DNA of 47,858 nt. Source: an uncultured Oscillospiraceae bacterium (GTDB taxonomy: Bacteria > Bacillota > Clostridia > Saccharofermentanales > UBA5734). The stretch is taken from positions 1-47,858 of the forward strand of contig CAZJXH010000002.1 in the NCBI GenBank assembly GCA_964549475.1, in the 5' to 3' direction. Below the pieces are notes generated by a model. The model worked only from the letters and a program-made list of their open reading frames with translations, was not told the origin of the DNA and made no database searches. Shown here one piece after another: positions 1 through 9,649 of the stretch (positions are counted from its first letter, which is position 1; every line of letters starts with the position of its first letter). The translations under genes and the position numbers were made by a program.

Positions 1-1
1 C

Positions 2-907
2 ATGCCAAAGAGCAAAAGCATTCGTTTCACCATCATCGCTGACGCAACAACCCGTGCCAATGCCCTCAAAACGGGTGAAGTAGACCTGATTGACTATGTT
101 GCCTCCAAAGATGTCATTGCCTTTGAAAAAGACAGCAGCATCAAAGTTGACATCTCGGTAGCCCCGTTCATGTGTCTGCAATTCAACTGCAAATCAGGCC
201 CTCTCGCTAATCCGAAGGTTCGCCAGGCCATTGCCTACGCCATTGACCGCAAGGGTGTCATCAACACCGCTTTCATGGGCCGCGGAACTGAAATATTCGG
301 GTTCCCGACCTTGAAAGGACAGAATAATTACGACGGCAAATACGACAACTATTTCTCCTATGACCTGACCAAAGCCAAAGCGCTGCTAGCAGAAGCCGGT
401 TATTCGAATGGTTTCAAAATCAAGATTCTGTCCACCTCAACCTATGAATTCCACAAGCAGACTGCTATTGTAGTCCAAGACAGCCTGAAGGCAATCGGTA
501 TTCAAGCGGAAGTAGAGCTGCCTGACTGGTCAACGCGAATCGACCGCTCCAATAAAGGCGACTATGAGATTCTGGTTTCCGGTACCGCGGGCAACATCGT
601 CGATATGGACTGGACGACCAATTACTTTGCTTCCGGTGATGTCCGCATGAACGGCTCTCCGTATTTCTCCGACACCGAGGTCGACAATCTTCTGAACGAA
701 GGCCGTACGACCCTTGATGCGGCCAAGCGCGCCGAGATTTATGACAAACTGAGAAAACGTCTCCTTGACCTGTCCCCATTTGTCTACATCAACTATCGCG
801 AGCAGGTCTTTGCCCGCTCCACAAAAGTCGAAGGGTTCACCAACCTGTCAGGCATCCTGACCTACAATTCCGGCATCGCACTAGAAAAAACATATGTCAA
901 AAAATAA
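2..907 (+). CDS. ABC transporter substrate-binding protein, family 5 (peptide/nickel/opine type), C-terminal 301 aa; 5' end lies outside the window
   Basis: The ORF is open to the left edge. The translation (AIAYAIDRKGVINTAFMGRG, LSPFVYINYREQVFA, LPDWSTRIDR) has the look of DppA/OppA/NikA-like cluster-5 binding proteins. Confidence 0.8.
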   Translation: MPKSKSIRFTIIADATTRANALKTGEVDLIDYVASKDVIAFEKDSSIKVDISVAPFMCLQFNCKSGPLANPKVRQAIAYAIDRKGVINTAFMGRGTEIFGFPTLKGQNNYDGKYDNYFSYDLTKAKALLAEAGYSNGFKIKILSTSTYEFHKQTAIVVQDSLKAIGIQAEVELPDWSTRIDRSNKGDYEILVSGTAGNIVDMDWTTNYFASGDVRMNGSPYFSDTEVDNLLNEGRTTLDAAKRAEIYDKLRKRLLDLSPFVYINYREQVFARSTKVEGFTNLSGILTYNSGIALEKTYVKK

Positions 908-1008
908 TTATTTAACGTAAAGGTTAAGTCACTAACAAGGCTGCATCAATTCGGAACCCGTCTGCTGACGGATTCCGGGTTGAGCGGCAAATAGAAAGGG
1001 TTTTTATA

Positions 1009-1980
1009 ATGGATATTAAACAGATCATCAACCAGATCAAAACGAAAATGGACACGGTCGGAGGTCTGAAATCGGTGATTTATGTCGCTTGCGGCGGATC
1101 AAATGCTGCCATTTATCCAAGCAAATACATGCTGGAGAGAGAGACAAAGGCCATCGGCACCAGCCTGTTCAATAGCAGCGAATTTGTCAGTTTGCCGCCA
1201 AAATCTCTGGATGAACGCTGCATCTGCATTATCTGCTCGATGAAAGCAACTGCCGAAACCGTGGAAGCCGTCAAGGTTGCCAATGCCAAAGGCGCTGTCA
1301 CTATTTCGATGACCGGTTTCCCGGATAGCGCCATGGCTCAGAATGGTCAATATACGATTGTTTATTCCCATGGTGACAATCAGATTTATTCCCAAGGCAA
1401 TCAGGCGATGGCTTTGAAATTAGGCTTTGAAATTCTTTATCAGTTTGAAAACTATCCCCATTATCAAGAGGCAATGGCTGCTTACTGCCATATCGATAAA
1501 ATTATCGCCGACTCTAAAATAAATATGAAAACTGCTGCGGAAAAATTCGGCAACGATTTCAAGCATGATGAAATATTTTATGTCCTTGCGAATGGTCCGC
1601 TGCTCGGCACCGCCTACACAATGGCCTGCTGTCACCTCCAGGAGATGCAATGCCGTCACGCCGTAACCATGCACAGTGGCGAATATTTCCATGGACCATT
1701 CGAGACGACCGATGAGAAACTGGCCATGATCCTGCTGATGTGTACTGGAAGTACCCGTGTGCTTGACGAAAGAGCCTTGACTTTCATGAAAAAATATGCC
1801 AGACACTTCATCGTCATTGATGCCAAAAATACCGGAATCGAAGTGATTGATGCGAAGGTCGCCGAGTACTTTAATTCGGTAATCATGATTCCGATCGAGC
1901 GCTTCTTCGTCTCCGTCATGGCAAATGTACGCGGCGTTTCGATGGAAGATCGGCGTTACATGTGGAAAGTGGAGTATTAA
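1009..1980 (+). CDS. SIS-domain sugar-phosphate isomerase/deglycase (FrlB / GlmS C-terminal-like)
   Basis: 323-aa ORF with a two-SIS architecture (VACGGSNAA..., CSMKATAETVEAVK..., second half GPLLGTAYTMACCHLQEM). Size and motifs match fructosamine-6-P deglycase-like proteins. Confidence 0.75.
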   Translation: MDIKQIINQIKTKMDTVGGLKSVIYVACGGSNAAIYPSKYMLERETKAIGTSLFNSSEFVSLPPKSLDERCICIICSMKATAETVEAVKVANAKGAVTISMTGFPDSAMAQNGQYTIVYSHGDNQIYSQGNQAMALKLGFEILYQFENYPHYQEAMAAYCHIDKIIADSKINMKTAAEKFGNDFKHDEIFYVLANGPLLGTAYTMACCHLQEMQCRHAVTMHSGEYFHGPFETTDEKLAMILLMCTGSTRVLDERALTFMKKYARHFIVIDAKNTGIEVIDAKVAEYFNSVIMIPIERFFVSVMANVRGVSMEDRRYMWKVEY

Positions 1981-2016
1981 GGGGATCCCATATAAAGATA
2001 CAGGAGGTATGGATTT

Positions 2017-3939
2017 TTGAAGACAGTAACCGAAAAGCTGCTGATGAGCCACATTGCGGGGGGTACTCCCAAAGCAGGAGAAGAAATCACCCTGAAAATT
2101 GACAGTACGCTGACCCAGGATGCCACAGGTACTATGGCTTATCTCCAATTTGAGTCGATTGGCATCAATTATATCCAGACAGAATCAAGTGTCAGCTTTG
2201 TTGATCACAACACGCTGCAGTCCGATAATAAGAATGCGGACGACCATCGGTATCTGCAGAGTGTCGCACAAAGATACGGGATTCATTTTTTAAAGCCGGG
2301 GAATGGTATTTGTCATCAGGTTTATTTGGAGCGGTTTGCCAAACCCGGCAAAACCCTGATCGGGTCGGACAGCCATACTCCAACTGCAGGGGGGATGTGC
2401 TGTTTCGCCATCGGCGCCGGCGGATTGGATGTGGCGGTGGTTATGGCTGGCTCCCCGTTTCGGATCAGGTATCCGAAGATCGTGGGGGTTCGTCTGCTGG
2501 GCAGACTGGCGGATTGGGTTTCGGCAAAAGATGTTATTCTCGAAGTCCTGCGGCGTACCAATGTCGATGGGGGAACAGGCAAAGTCCTGGAATACTTTGG
2601 CCCTGGCGTTGCATCGCTCAGTGTGCCTGACCGGGCGACAATCACCAACATGGGGACAGAAACCGGCTGTACAACCAGTATATTTCCGAGCGACGAGGCA
2701 ACCCGAAAATTCCTTAAAGCACAGGGAAGGGAGTCTGACTGGACAGAAATCCTGGCGGATGAAGGCGCTGTCTACGATGAAATCATCGAGATCGATCTGA
2801 ATCATCTGGAGCCAATGATCGCTTTGCCGCACAGTCCCGGAAATGTTAAAACGGTCCGTGAAGTCGCAGGCTTGAACGTTGATCAGGTAGCCATCGGCTC
2901 CTGCACCAACTCTTCTTTAAGAGACCTCAAGATTGTAGCAGGCATTCTGAAAGGAAAAACGATTCATAAAAATCTGCAATTATCCATCAGTCCGGGGTCG
3001 CGCCAGGTTGTCGAGCACTTGATCGACAGCGGCGAACTGAAAGAACTGATCAAAGCCGGTGCCCGAATTTTAGAAAATGCCTGCGGTCCATGTATCGGCA
3101 TGGGAGGCGCGCCTTGTTCGAAAGGGGTATCGGTCAGGACATTCAACCGAAATTTCGAAGGTCGCAGTGGAACAAAGGATGCGGAAATTTTCCTGGCCAG
3201 CCCTGAAGTCGCTGCCGCTGCCGCCCTGACGGGTGTGATCACCGATCCGCGTACATTGGGGGAGTATCCTTCCATTGACCTCCCAATAACCTATTCAAGT
3301 AACGATAATATGATTCTGCGGCCATTGCCGCTGGAAGAAGCGATAAAAATTGAAATTATCCGCGGCCCGAATATCAAACCCCTTCCGGATTTTCCGCCAC
3401 TCGCAGACAACCTGAGCGGCCGGGTCATCATCAAGACCGGTGACAACATCACAACGGACCATATCATGCCGGCCGGTGCCAAAATCCTTCCGCTGCGCAG
3501 CAATATTCCGGCGATATCCAAATTCGTTTTCGAATCGGTCGACCCCGATTTTTATCAGCGCGCGATCGATGGGAAAGGCGGATTCATCATTGGCGGCGAC
3601 AATTACGGCCAGGGATCCAGTCGCGAACATGCCGCTCTGGCCCCCAAATATCTGGGGATCAAGGCTGTCATTGTCAAATCCTTCGCCCGTATTCATCTGG
3701 CCAATCTGATCAACTTCGGCATTGTACCATTGACCTTTAAAAACCCGGAGGACTATGACCTGATTGATCAAGGAGATGAGCTGGATGTTCAAATCGGCGA
3801 CCTCAAAAAGGAAGTCCTGTTAGAAAATCGGACCAAAGGCAAACGGATCGAGTTATGCCACACATTGTCCTCCCTTGATGCAGAGATCCTGAAGACCGGC
3901 GGTAAATTGCCATGGATCAAAGCCAGCATGAACAGATGA
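2017..3939 (+). CDS. acn: aconitate hydratase (about 640-aa clostridial type)
   Basis: TTG start preceded by an AGGAGG-like site. Aconitase motifs are present: GSDSHTPTAGG, IGSCTNSS, CGPCIGMG (Fe-S ligand cysteines) and swivel-domain GDNYGQGSSREHAA. Confidence 0.93.
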   Translation: MKTVTEKLLMSHIAGGTPKAGEEITLKIDSTLTQDATGTMAYLQFESIGINYIQTESSVSFVDHNTLQSDNKNADDHRYLQSVAQRYGIHFLKPGNGICHQVYLERFAKPGKTLIGSDSHTPTAGGMCCFAIGAGGLDVAVVMAGSPFRIRYPKIVGVRLLGRLADWVSAKDVILEVLRRTNVDGGTGKVLEYFGPGVASLSVPDRATITNMGTETGCTTSIFPSDEATRKFLKAQGRESDWTEILADEGAVYDEIIEIDLNHLEPMIALPHSPGNVKTVREVAGLNVDQVAIGSCTNSSLRDLKIVAGILKGKTIHKNLQLSISPGSRQVVEHLIDSGELKELIKAGARILENACGPCIGMGGAPCSKGVSVRTFNRNFEGRSGTKDAEIFLASPEVAAAAALTGVITDPRTLGEYPSIDLPITYSSNDNMILRPLPLEEAIKIEIIRGPNIKPLPDFPPLADNLSGRVIIKTGDNITTDHIMPAGAKILPLRSNIPAISKFVFESVDPDFYQRAIDGKGGFIIGGDNYGQGSSREHAALAPKYLGIKAVIVKSFARIHLANLINFGIVPLTFKNPEDYDLIDQGDELDVQIGDLKKEVLLENRTKGKRIELCHTLSSLDAEILKTGGKLPWIKASMNR

Positions 3940-3990
3940 TCCATCAATGAATCAAATTTTTTAAAATATGATTGTCAGGAGATTTGTAAA

Positions 3991-5205
3991 ATGAGCAGTA
4001 AAATTATCATGAAGACACCTTTGGTTGAAATGGATGGCGATGAGATGACAAGGATCATCTGGGAGATGATCAAAACGATTCTACTGAAGCCGTATATCGA
4101 CCTGAATACGGAGTATTATGATCTTGGTCTATCCCATCGTGATGAAACATGCGATCAGATCACCATCGATTCTGCCAATGCGATCAAGAAATATGGAGTT
4201 GGTGTCAAATGTGCTACCATCACACCCAATGCCGACCGAGTCACAGAATACAGCCTGAAGCAAATGTGGAAAAGTCCGAACGGCACAATCCGCAGCATCC
4301 TGGATGGAACCGTCTTCCGCACCCCGATCATTGTAAGCAACCTGAAACCATTCATTCCAACCTGGACCAGGCCGATAACCATTGCCAGACATGCCTACGG
4401 GGATATCTACAAGAACTCTGAATTCCGAGTAGACAAGCCGGGAAAGGTCGAGATGGTTTTTACCGGGGAAGACGGTCAGATTACCCGCCAGACGATTCAC
4501 AATTTCAAAGACAAGGGAGTCGTCATGGGGATGCACAACCTGGATGCCTCGATCATAAACTTCGCCAAATCCTGCTTTACCTATGCCCTGGATCAGAAGA
4601 TCGACCTTTGGTTTTCAACCAAGGAAACCATTTCAAAGATTTATGACCGCAATTTCAAGGATATATTCCAGGAAGTTTATGACAATGAATTCAAGCCCCT
4701 CTATGCGGCAGCAGGAATTCAGTACTTCTACACCCTGATCGACGACCTGGTCGCCCGGGTTATCCGTTCGGAAGGCGGCATGCTCTGGGCATGTAAAAAT
4801 TATGATGGCGATGTCATGTCAGACATGGTTGCCACGGCTTTCGGCAGTCTGGCGATGATGACATCGGTTTTGGTTTCACCCGAAGGCTTCTATGAATATG
4901 AAGCGGCCCATGGCACAGTCCAGAAGCACTATTACAATTATCTGAAAGGCGAAAAGACATCCACCAATTCGATGGCGACTCTATTTGCCTGGACCGGCGC
5001 ACTCCGGAAACGAGGCAATATGGACGGCAATACCGAGCTGGCATTATTTGCTGACAAACTGGAAAGAGTATCCCTTCGCCTGATTGAAGACGGTATCTTT
5101 ACCAAGGACCTTGATGCGCTTTCTGCAGCGCCGCAGAAAACCATTGTCGGAACAGAGGAGTTCCTCCTGAGGATCAAGGAAAGAATGGATCAGCCGGTTC
5201 AATGA
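3991..5205 (+). CDS. icd: NADP-dependent isocitrate dehydrogenase, type II (eukaryote-like, about 400 aa)
   Basis: 404 aa. PLVEMDGDEMTRIIW at the N-terminus, plus KCATITPN, NYDGDVMSD and HGTVQKHY, are characteristic of monomer-size type II IDH. Confidence 0.93.
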   Translation: MSSKIIMKTPLVEMDGDEMTRIIWEMIKTILLKPYIDLNTEYYDLGLSHRDETCDQITIDSANAIKKYGVGVKCATITPNADRVTEYSLKQMWKSPNGTIRSILDGTVFRTPIIVSNLKPFIPTWTRPITIARHAYGDIYKNSEFRVDKPGKVEMVFTGEDGQITRQTIHNFKDKGVVMGMHNLDASIINFAKSCFTYALDQKIDLWFSTKETISKIYDRNFKDIFQEVYDNEFKPLYAAAGIQYFYTLIDDLVARVIRSEGGMLWACKNYDGDVMSDMVATAFGSLAMMTSVLVSPEGFYEYEAAHGTVQKHYYNYLKGEKTSTNSMATLFAWTGALRKRGNMDGNTELALFADKLERVSLRLIEDGIFTKDLDALSAAPQKTIVGTEEFLLRIKERMDQPVQ

Positions 5206-5333
5206 ATACGCAGGAATAGTATTTTCATAGGAGGAAAACGATCCTTATGAACTGGTATGGATCGTCAGGCATTTCATCAATGTTTGCATGAAATGCACCT
5301 CCCTTGCAAATCTATTAAGGAGGAAATAACATC

Positions 5334-5618
5334 GTGAGGCTAATAAATACAGGGATAGCAGGAACCATGGAATCCGGGGATATTCTTATCGAAATTACCG
5401 AAAGTGAAAGTCCTGGAATCACGATAACGCTTGAGAGCACGGTTGAAAATCAATTTGGCGGACAAATCAAAGCAACGATAAAAAATACAATTGCGGAGTA
5501 TGGTCTCGACAATGTGAATGTCCATGCCATTGACAAAGGCTCACTGGATTGTACGATTCGTGCCCGTGTCACAGCAGCCATTCTTCGTGGATGCCAATCT
5601 GAAAAGTATAGGTGGTAA
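5334..5618 (+). CDS. citD: citrate lyase acyl carrier protein (gamma subunit)
   Basis: GTG start 10 nt after AAGGAGG (5317-5323). 94 aa. The AGTMESGDILIEI motif carries the prosthetic-group serine. Confidence 0.9.
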   Translation: MRLINTGIAGTMESGDILIEITESESPGITITLESTVENQFGGQIKATIKNTIAEYGLDNVNVHAIDKGSLDCTIRARVTAAILRGCQSEKYRW

Positions 5619-5634
5619 AGGAGATAGGATCAGT

Positions 5635-6531
5635 ATGCAGAAACTACGTCGAACCATGTTGTTTGTTCCGGGCAATAATCCTGGAATGATGCAAGATGCG
5701 CACATTTATGGTTCTGATTCCATTATGTTTGATCTGGAGGATTCAGTATCTTTAAAAGAAAAGGATGCGGCCCGCATTCTTGTCTATAATGCTTTAAAAA
5801 CAATCGATTATAACAGGAAAGAACTGGTGGTCAGAGTCAATCCGCTTAGCACACCCTATGGCTTATCCGATATTGAAGCCATGGTCCATGCCGGAGTCCA
5901 TGTCATCCGGCTGCCAAAAACCGAAACAGCAAAGGATATCATCGATGTCGAAAATGAAATTTCCCGTGTTGAAAAATCAATGGGAATAGAAGTCGGTACG
6001 ACGAAAATGATGGCGGCAATCGAAGGGGCAATGGGCGTCATCAATGCATATGCAATTGCAGTATCGTCCAAAAGACTTGTTGCGATGGCTTTAGGCGCGG
6101 AAGATTTTGTTGCGGATCTAAAAACCACCCGTTCCAAAGACGGCATCGAGCTCCTGTTTGCCCGTTCCCAGATTATTCTGGCAGCCCGGGCGGCTGGAAT
6201 CGATGCGATTGACACGGTGTTTTCAGATGTCAATGATGCGGATGGACTGATGGAAGAGACCAGACTGATCAAACAGCTGGGGTTTGATGGCAAATCGGTC
6301 ATCAATCCCCGCCAGATTGCTCTTATCCATAAAGTATTCACCCCTACGGAGGCGGAGGTCACTAAGGCCAGACGTATCATCTATGCATTGAAACAAGCGG
6401 AAGAAAAGGGCTCAGGGGTGATTGCACTCGATGGTAAAATGATTGACCGGCCTATCGTCATAAGAGCACAGCGCATCATCGATCTGTCCATCGCTGCCAA
6501 TACCCTGTTCGCGGAGGATATAAACCAATGA
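5635..6531 (+). CDS. citE: citrate lyase beta subunit (citryl-ACP oxaloacetate-lyase)
   Basis: I prefer the ATG at 5635 (MQKLRRTMLFVPGNNPGMM..., AAGGAG 11 nt upstream) over the ORF-track start at 5518, which overlaps citD. CitE/HpcH-type motifs are present (FDLEDSV, RVNP, GFDGKSVINPRQI). Confidence 0.92.
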   Translation: MQKLRRTMLFVPGNNPGMMQDAHIYGSDSIMFDLEDSVSLKEKDAARILVYNALKTIDYNRKELVVRVNPLSTPYGLSDIEAMVHAGVHVIRLPKTETAKDIIDVENEISRVEKSMGIEVGTTKMMAAIEGAMGVINAYAIAVSSKRLVAMALGAEDFVADLKTTRSKDGIELLFARSQIILAARAAGIDAIDTVFSDVNDADGLMEETRLIKQLGFDGKSVINPRQIALIHKVFTPTEAEVTKARRIIYALKQAEEKGSGVIALDGKMIDRPIVIRAQRIIDLSIAANTLFAEDINQ

Positions 6532-8090
6532 ATGAGCACAGAAAGAATCCGATCAATGAAATATCACAGTATGGGGAATACAAAGAATTCGATTTTGGAA
6601 AAAATAAAAAATTGACGGTAAAGAATCCGAGTCCACTTGATGAAAGGCAGAAATCAAAAAGCAAAATCGTCGATTCATTGGAAACAGCAATCCGGCTTTC
6701 CGGTTTGCAAGATGGGATGACAATCTCTTTTCACCATCATTTCAGAGCGGGAGATTTTATTGTCAATCAAGTCCTTGACCAATTGAGTCAAATGGGATTT
6801 AAAAACCTTACCGTTGCGGCCAGCAGTTTGACGACGGTTCATTCCCCCATGATCGAGCATATCAAAAACGGACTGGTCCGTCGAATTGAAACCAGTGGCT
6901 TGCGTGGCGAATTAGCCAATGCGGTTTCTCATGGAATTATGGCTGAACCAGTCATTTTCAGATCGCATGGCGGTCGTGCCAGTGCGATTGCGGATGGCCG
7001 TCTGCCTATAGATGTCGCTTTTCTCGGGGCGCCCTCCTGCGACCCGTATGGCAATGCCAATGGCTATTCACGGGAAGGGAAAGGGAAATCAGACTGCGGA
7101 TCCATGGGATATGCCAAGGTGGATGCGCAATATGCAAAAAAAGTCATCATCATTACGGACAATGTTGTGGATTACCCGAATGTTCCATTCGGTATTCCGC
7201 AGTCCCAGGTGGACTATATTGTCGAAATGGCTGAAATTGGCGATAAAGAAAAAATCATGTCCGACGCGACACGCTTTTCGCAAAATCCGCATGATCTGCT
7301 TGTCGCACAGGCTGCAGCCGATGTGATTGTGGCATCCGGTTATTTTAAAGACGGGTTTTCCCTGCAGACCGGATCCGGCGGGGCTTCCCTGGCTGTCACA
7401 CGCTTCTTGCGGGAAAAAATGATCGAACGCAAGATTATAGCCAGCTTTGCACTTGGCGGGATTACCGGACAAATCGTGAAACTGCATGAGGAAGGCTTGA
7501 TTAAAAAAATACTGGATGTCCAGAGTTTTGATCTCGATGCTGCACTGTCATTAAAAACAAACCGCTTTCACCAGCAGATTGACGCAGATTACTATGCCGA
7601 TCCGTTCAATGAAGGATCCGCGGTCAATCAACTGGATGTTGTCATCCTATCTGCACTGGAAGCGGATATTGATTTCAATATCAATGTCCTTACCGGATCA
7701 GACGGTATTATCCGCGGTGCGATAGGGGGACATCAGGACTGCGCAGCCGGTGCGGCTCTCTCCATCCTGGTCATGCCATTGATCAGAGGCCGTATGCCGT
7801 CGATTCTGGACCATGTCAATACGGTGGTCACACCCGGAGAAACGGTTGATGTCATTGTGACAGACCAGGGGGTCGCAGTAAATCCGAGAAGGCCGGAAAT
7901 AGCCGAACGGCTTCGTGCAGCCCATATCAATGTTACCCCGATTGAAGAGTTGAAATTGCGTGCTGAAAAAGTTGCCGGCAAACCGGACCCCCTTCCTTTA
8001 GGGGATAAAGTCGTAGGCATTGTCACTTACAGGGATGGTTCGATTATTGATGTCATTCATGAAATAAAAGACGGTGAGCCGCATGGATGA
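6528..8090 (+). CDS. citF: citrate lyase alpha subunit (citrate CoA-transferase)
   Basis: 520 aa with an ATGA start/stop overlap with citE. The length and sequence (SFHHHFRAGD, GSGGASLAV, GGHQDCAAGA) fit CitF. Confidence 0.92.
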   Translation: MNEHRKNPINEISQYGEYKEFDFGKNKKLTVKNPSPLDERQKSKSKIVDSLETAIRLSGLQDGMTISFHHHFRAGDFIVNQVLDQLSQMGFKNLTVAASSLTTVHSPMIEHIKNGLVRRIETSGLRGELANAVSHGIMAEPVIFRSHGGRASAIADGRLPIDVAFLGAPSCDPYGNANGYSREGKGKSDCGSMGYAKVDAQYAKKVIIITDNVVDYPNVPFGIPQSQVDYIVEMAEIGDKEKIMSDATRFSQNPHDLLVAQAAADVIVASGYFKDGFSLQTGSGGASLAVTRFLREKMIERKIIASFALGGITGQIVKLHEEGLIKKILDVQSFDLDAALSLKTNRFHQQIDADYYADPFNEGSAVNQLDVVILSALEADIDFNINVLTGSDGIIRGAIGGHQDCAAGAALSILVMPLIRGRMPSILDHVNTVVTPGETVDVIVTDQGVAVNPRRPEIAERLRAAHINVTPIEELKLRAEKVAGKPDPLPLGDKVVGIVTYRDGSIIDVIHEIKDGEPHG

Positions 8091-8607
8091 AGTCAGTCTG
8101 CTTGAAGTGCTAGACGCCCGTGAAATCCGGGCAGCGATTCAAAGCGATCTGATTGCCAGATATCAATGTACGTTGATTTGTTTTACGATTAATATGCCCG
8201 GTCCGGTCAAATATAATGACGTCAGCCTGTTTATCCATTCTCAAGGAGTCAAGGCGATTCATGATTTCACCAATACTGCCGGGATTATATGCAAGCATGA
8301 GCAAATAGTCAAGAAGAATACAGGGATCGAGGGGTATTTCCTGTTTGATTTTCCATCCATTGAAATGAAGAAAGAAACATGCGAAATCGAAGATCATCAT
8401 CCGCTTGGCAGATTGTTTGATATGGATGTTTTTGATAGCGGCAATAAGCCGATCAGCCGGGATCAGATCGGATTACCCAGAAGAAAGTGCTTGCTGTGCG
8501 GGAAGGAAGGGGTGTATTGTTCCCGTAATCAAACACATAGCATTTTTGAGCTTCAACTTAGAATCAAAGAAATGATAGCCAAGGTGGGAGGTGGTATCCT
8601 TGAATGA
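8074..8607 (+). CDS. citX: holo-citrate lyase synthase (apo-ACP 2'-(5''-phosphoribosyl)-3'-dephospho-CoA transferase)
   Basis: 177 aa. The LLEVLDAREIRAA...TINMPGPVK pattern is typical of CitX. It overlaps the citF stop; an alternative start is the ATG at 8083. Confidence 0.85.
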   Translation: MSRMDEVSLLEVLDAREIRAAIQSDLIARYQCTLICFTINMPGPVKYNDVSLFIHSQGVKAIHDFTNTAGIICKHEQIVKKNTGIEGYFLFDFPSIEMKKETCEIEDHHPLGRLFDMDVFDSGNKPISRDQIGLPRRKCLLCGKEGVYCSRNQTHSIFELQLRIKEMIAKVGGGILE

Positions 8608-9649
8608 TTTGAATCTGGAGTTCAGAGAGTTCTTGTTGGACCAGACCGGATCCCGTTCGCAGATCGAATCATTTCTGACGCGTTTTAATCTTAAGCTTGA
8701 AGAATTGGAGTATTATGTCGGAGTGTTTGAAAACGGGACGATGGTGGCCGGAGGCGGATATTATAAAAATATTATCAAATGTGTTGCGGTTGATGAAAAC
8801 TGGCGATCTTGCGGATTGACCAGCAAGTTGATCTCCCATCTGTATTCTTTGCTTCGGGACCAAGGAAAAAACAATGTTTTTATATATACCAAACCGTATA
8901 ATTCCGAAATATTCCAAAGTCTGGGGTTCCATCCTGTTGGCAAAACCTCAGAAGTAATTCTGCTGGAAAGCGATCATCAAGGACTGTCGTCTTATCGGAA
9001 TGATTTGCATCATCATCAGCACCCCGGAGTCAATGGATCCATTGTCATGAACTGCAATCCATTTACTCTGGGACATCAACATCTAGTTGAACAAGCGGCA
9101 GCACGCTGTGACTGGCTGAATATTTTCCTTGTCAAAGAGGAACGATCCATTTTTCCTTATTCGGTCCGATTGGATCTGGTCAGACAGGGAACGAACCATC
9201 TGGACAATTTGTCTGTTCATGAAGGCAGTGACTACATTATTTCTTCCGCTACTTTCCCGACCTATTTTTTAAAAGAAAATTCGAATATTGTTGAAATACA
9301 GGCGAAACTTGATGTGGATATCTTCTCACGGCACATTGCGCCGGCACTGAATATCAGCAGGCGCTTTGCAGGCGAAGAGCCTTTCGATCCGGTTACCGCG
9401 ACCTATAATGCTGTAATGGGCAGGGAACTGCCCTGTCATGGAATAACCTTCGATGTGATTCCCCGACTGTGTGCCGATGGAGAAGCGATCAGCGCAAGCC
9501 GTGTCCGGAAATTGATGGCATCCGGGCAACTTGGAATGGTGAGGCCTCTGGTGCCGGATCCGACTTGGCAATATCTGACCTCTGCCGCTGCGAAACCGAT
9601 TGTAGATCCTCTCACACGGACAATAAAACAGGAGATCAGTGGAACATGA
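8591..9649 (+). CDS. citC: [citrate (pro-3S)-lyase] ligase (acetate:SH-citrate lyase ligase)
   Basis: 352 aa with an N-terminal GNAT-like region and a cytidylyltransferase-like motif, NCNPFTLGHQHLVEQAA. The start is either GTG 8591 or TTG 8600 (GGAGG at 8587-8591). Confidence 0.9.
   Translation: MVSLNDLNLEFREFLLDQTGSRSQIESFLTRFNLKLEELEYYVGVFENGTMVAGGGYYKNIIKCVAVDENWRSCGLTSKLISHLYSLLRDQGKNNVFIYTKPYNSEIFQSLGFHPVGKTSEVILLESDHQGLSSYRNDLHHHQHPGVNGSIVMNCNPFTLGHQHLVEQAAARCDWLNIFLVKEERSIFPYSVRLDLVRQGTNHLDNLSVHEGSDYIISSATFPTYFLKENSNIVEIQAKLDVDIFSRHIAPALNISRRFAGEEPFDPVTATYNAVMGRELPCHGITFDVIPRLCADGEAISASRVRKLMASGQLGMVRPLVPDPTWQYLTSAAAKPIVDPLTRTIKQEISGT

Noticed and set aside
5247-5291. 14-codon mini-ORF (MNWYGSSGISSMFA) between icd and citD, considered as a leader peptide.
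   Set aside because: It has no run of regulatory codons and no terminator-type U-tract after the hairpin, and the SD spacing of 12 nt is long. I kept it only as context for the hairpin finding.
5518-5634. N-terminal extensions in the ORF track for citE (5518), citG (9469), gdh (10482), the permease (24587), LacI (26473), GH51 (27594), TetR (35458), the reductase (38009) and the sigma factor (16433).
   Set aside because: The extensions overlap upstream genes or lack an RBS. Internal ATG/TTG codons with proper Shine-Dalgarno spacing give N-termini typical of each family.
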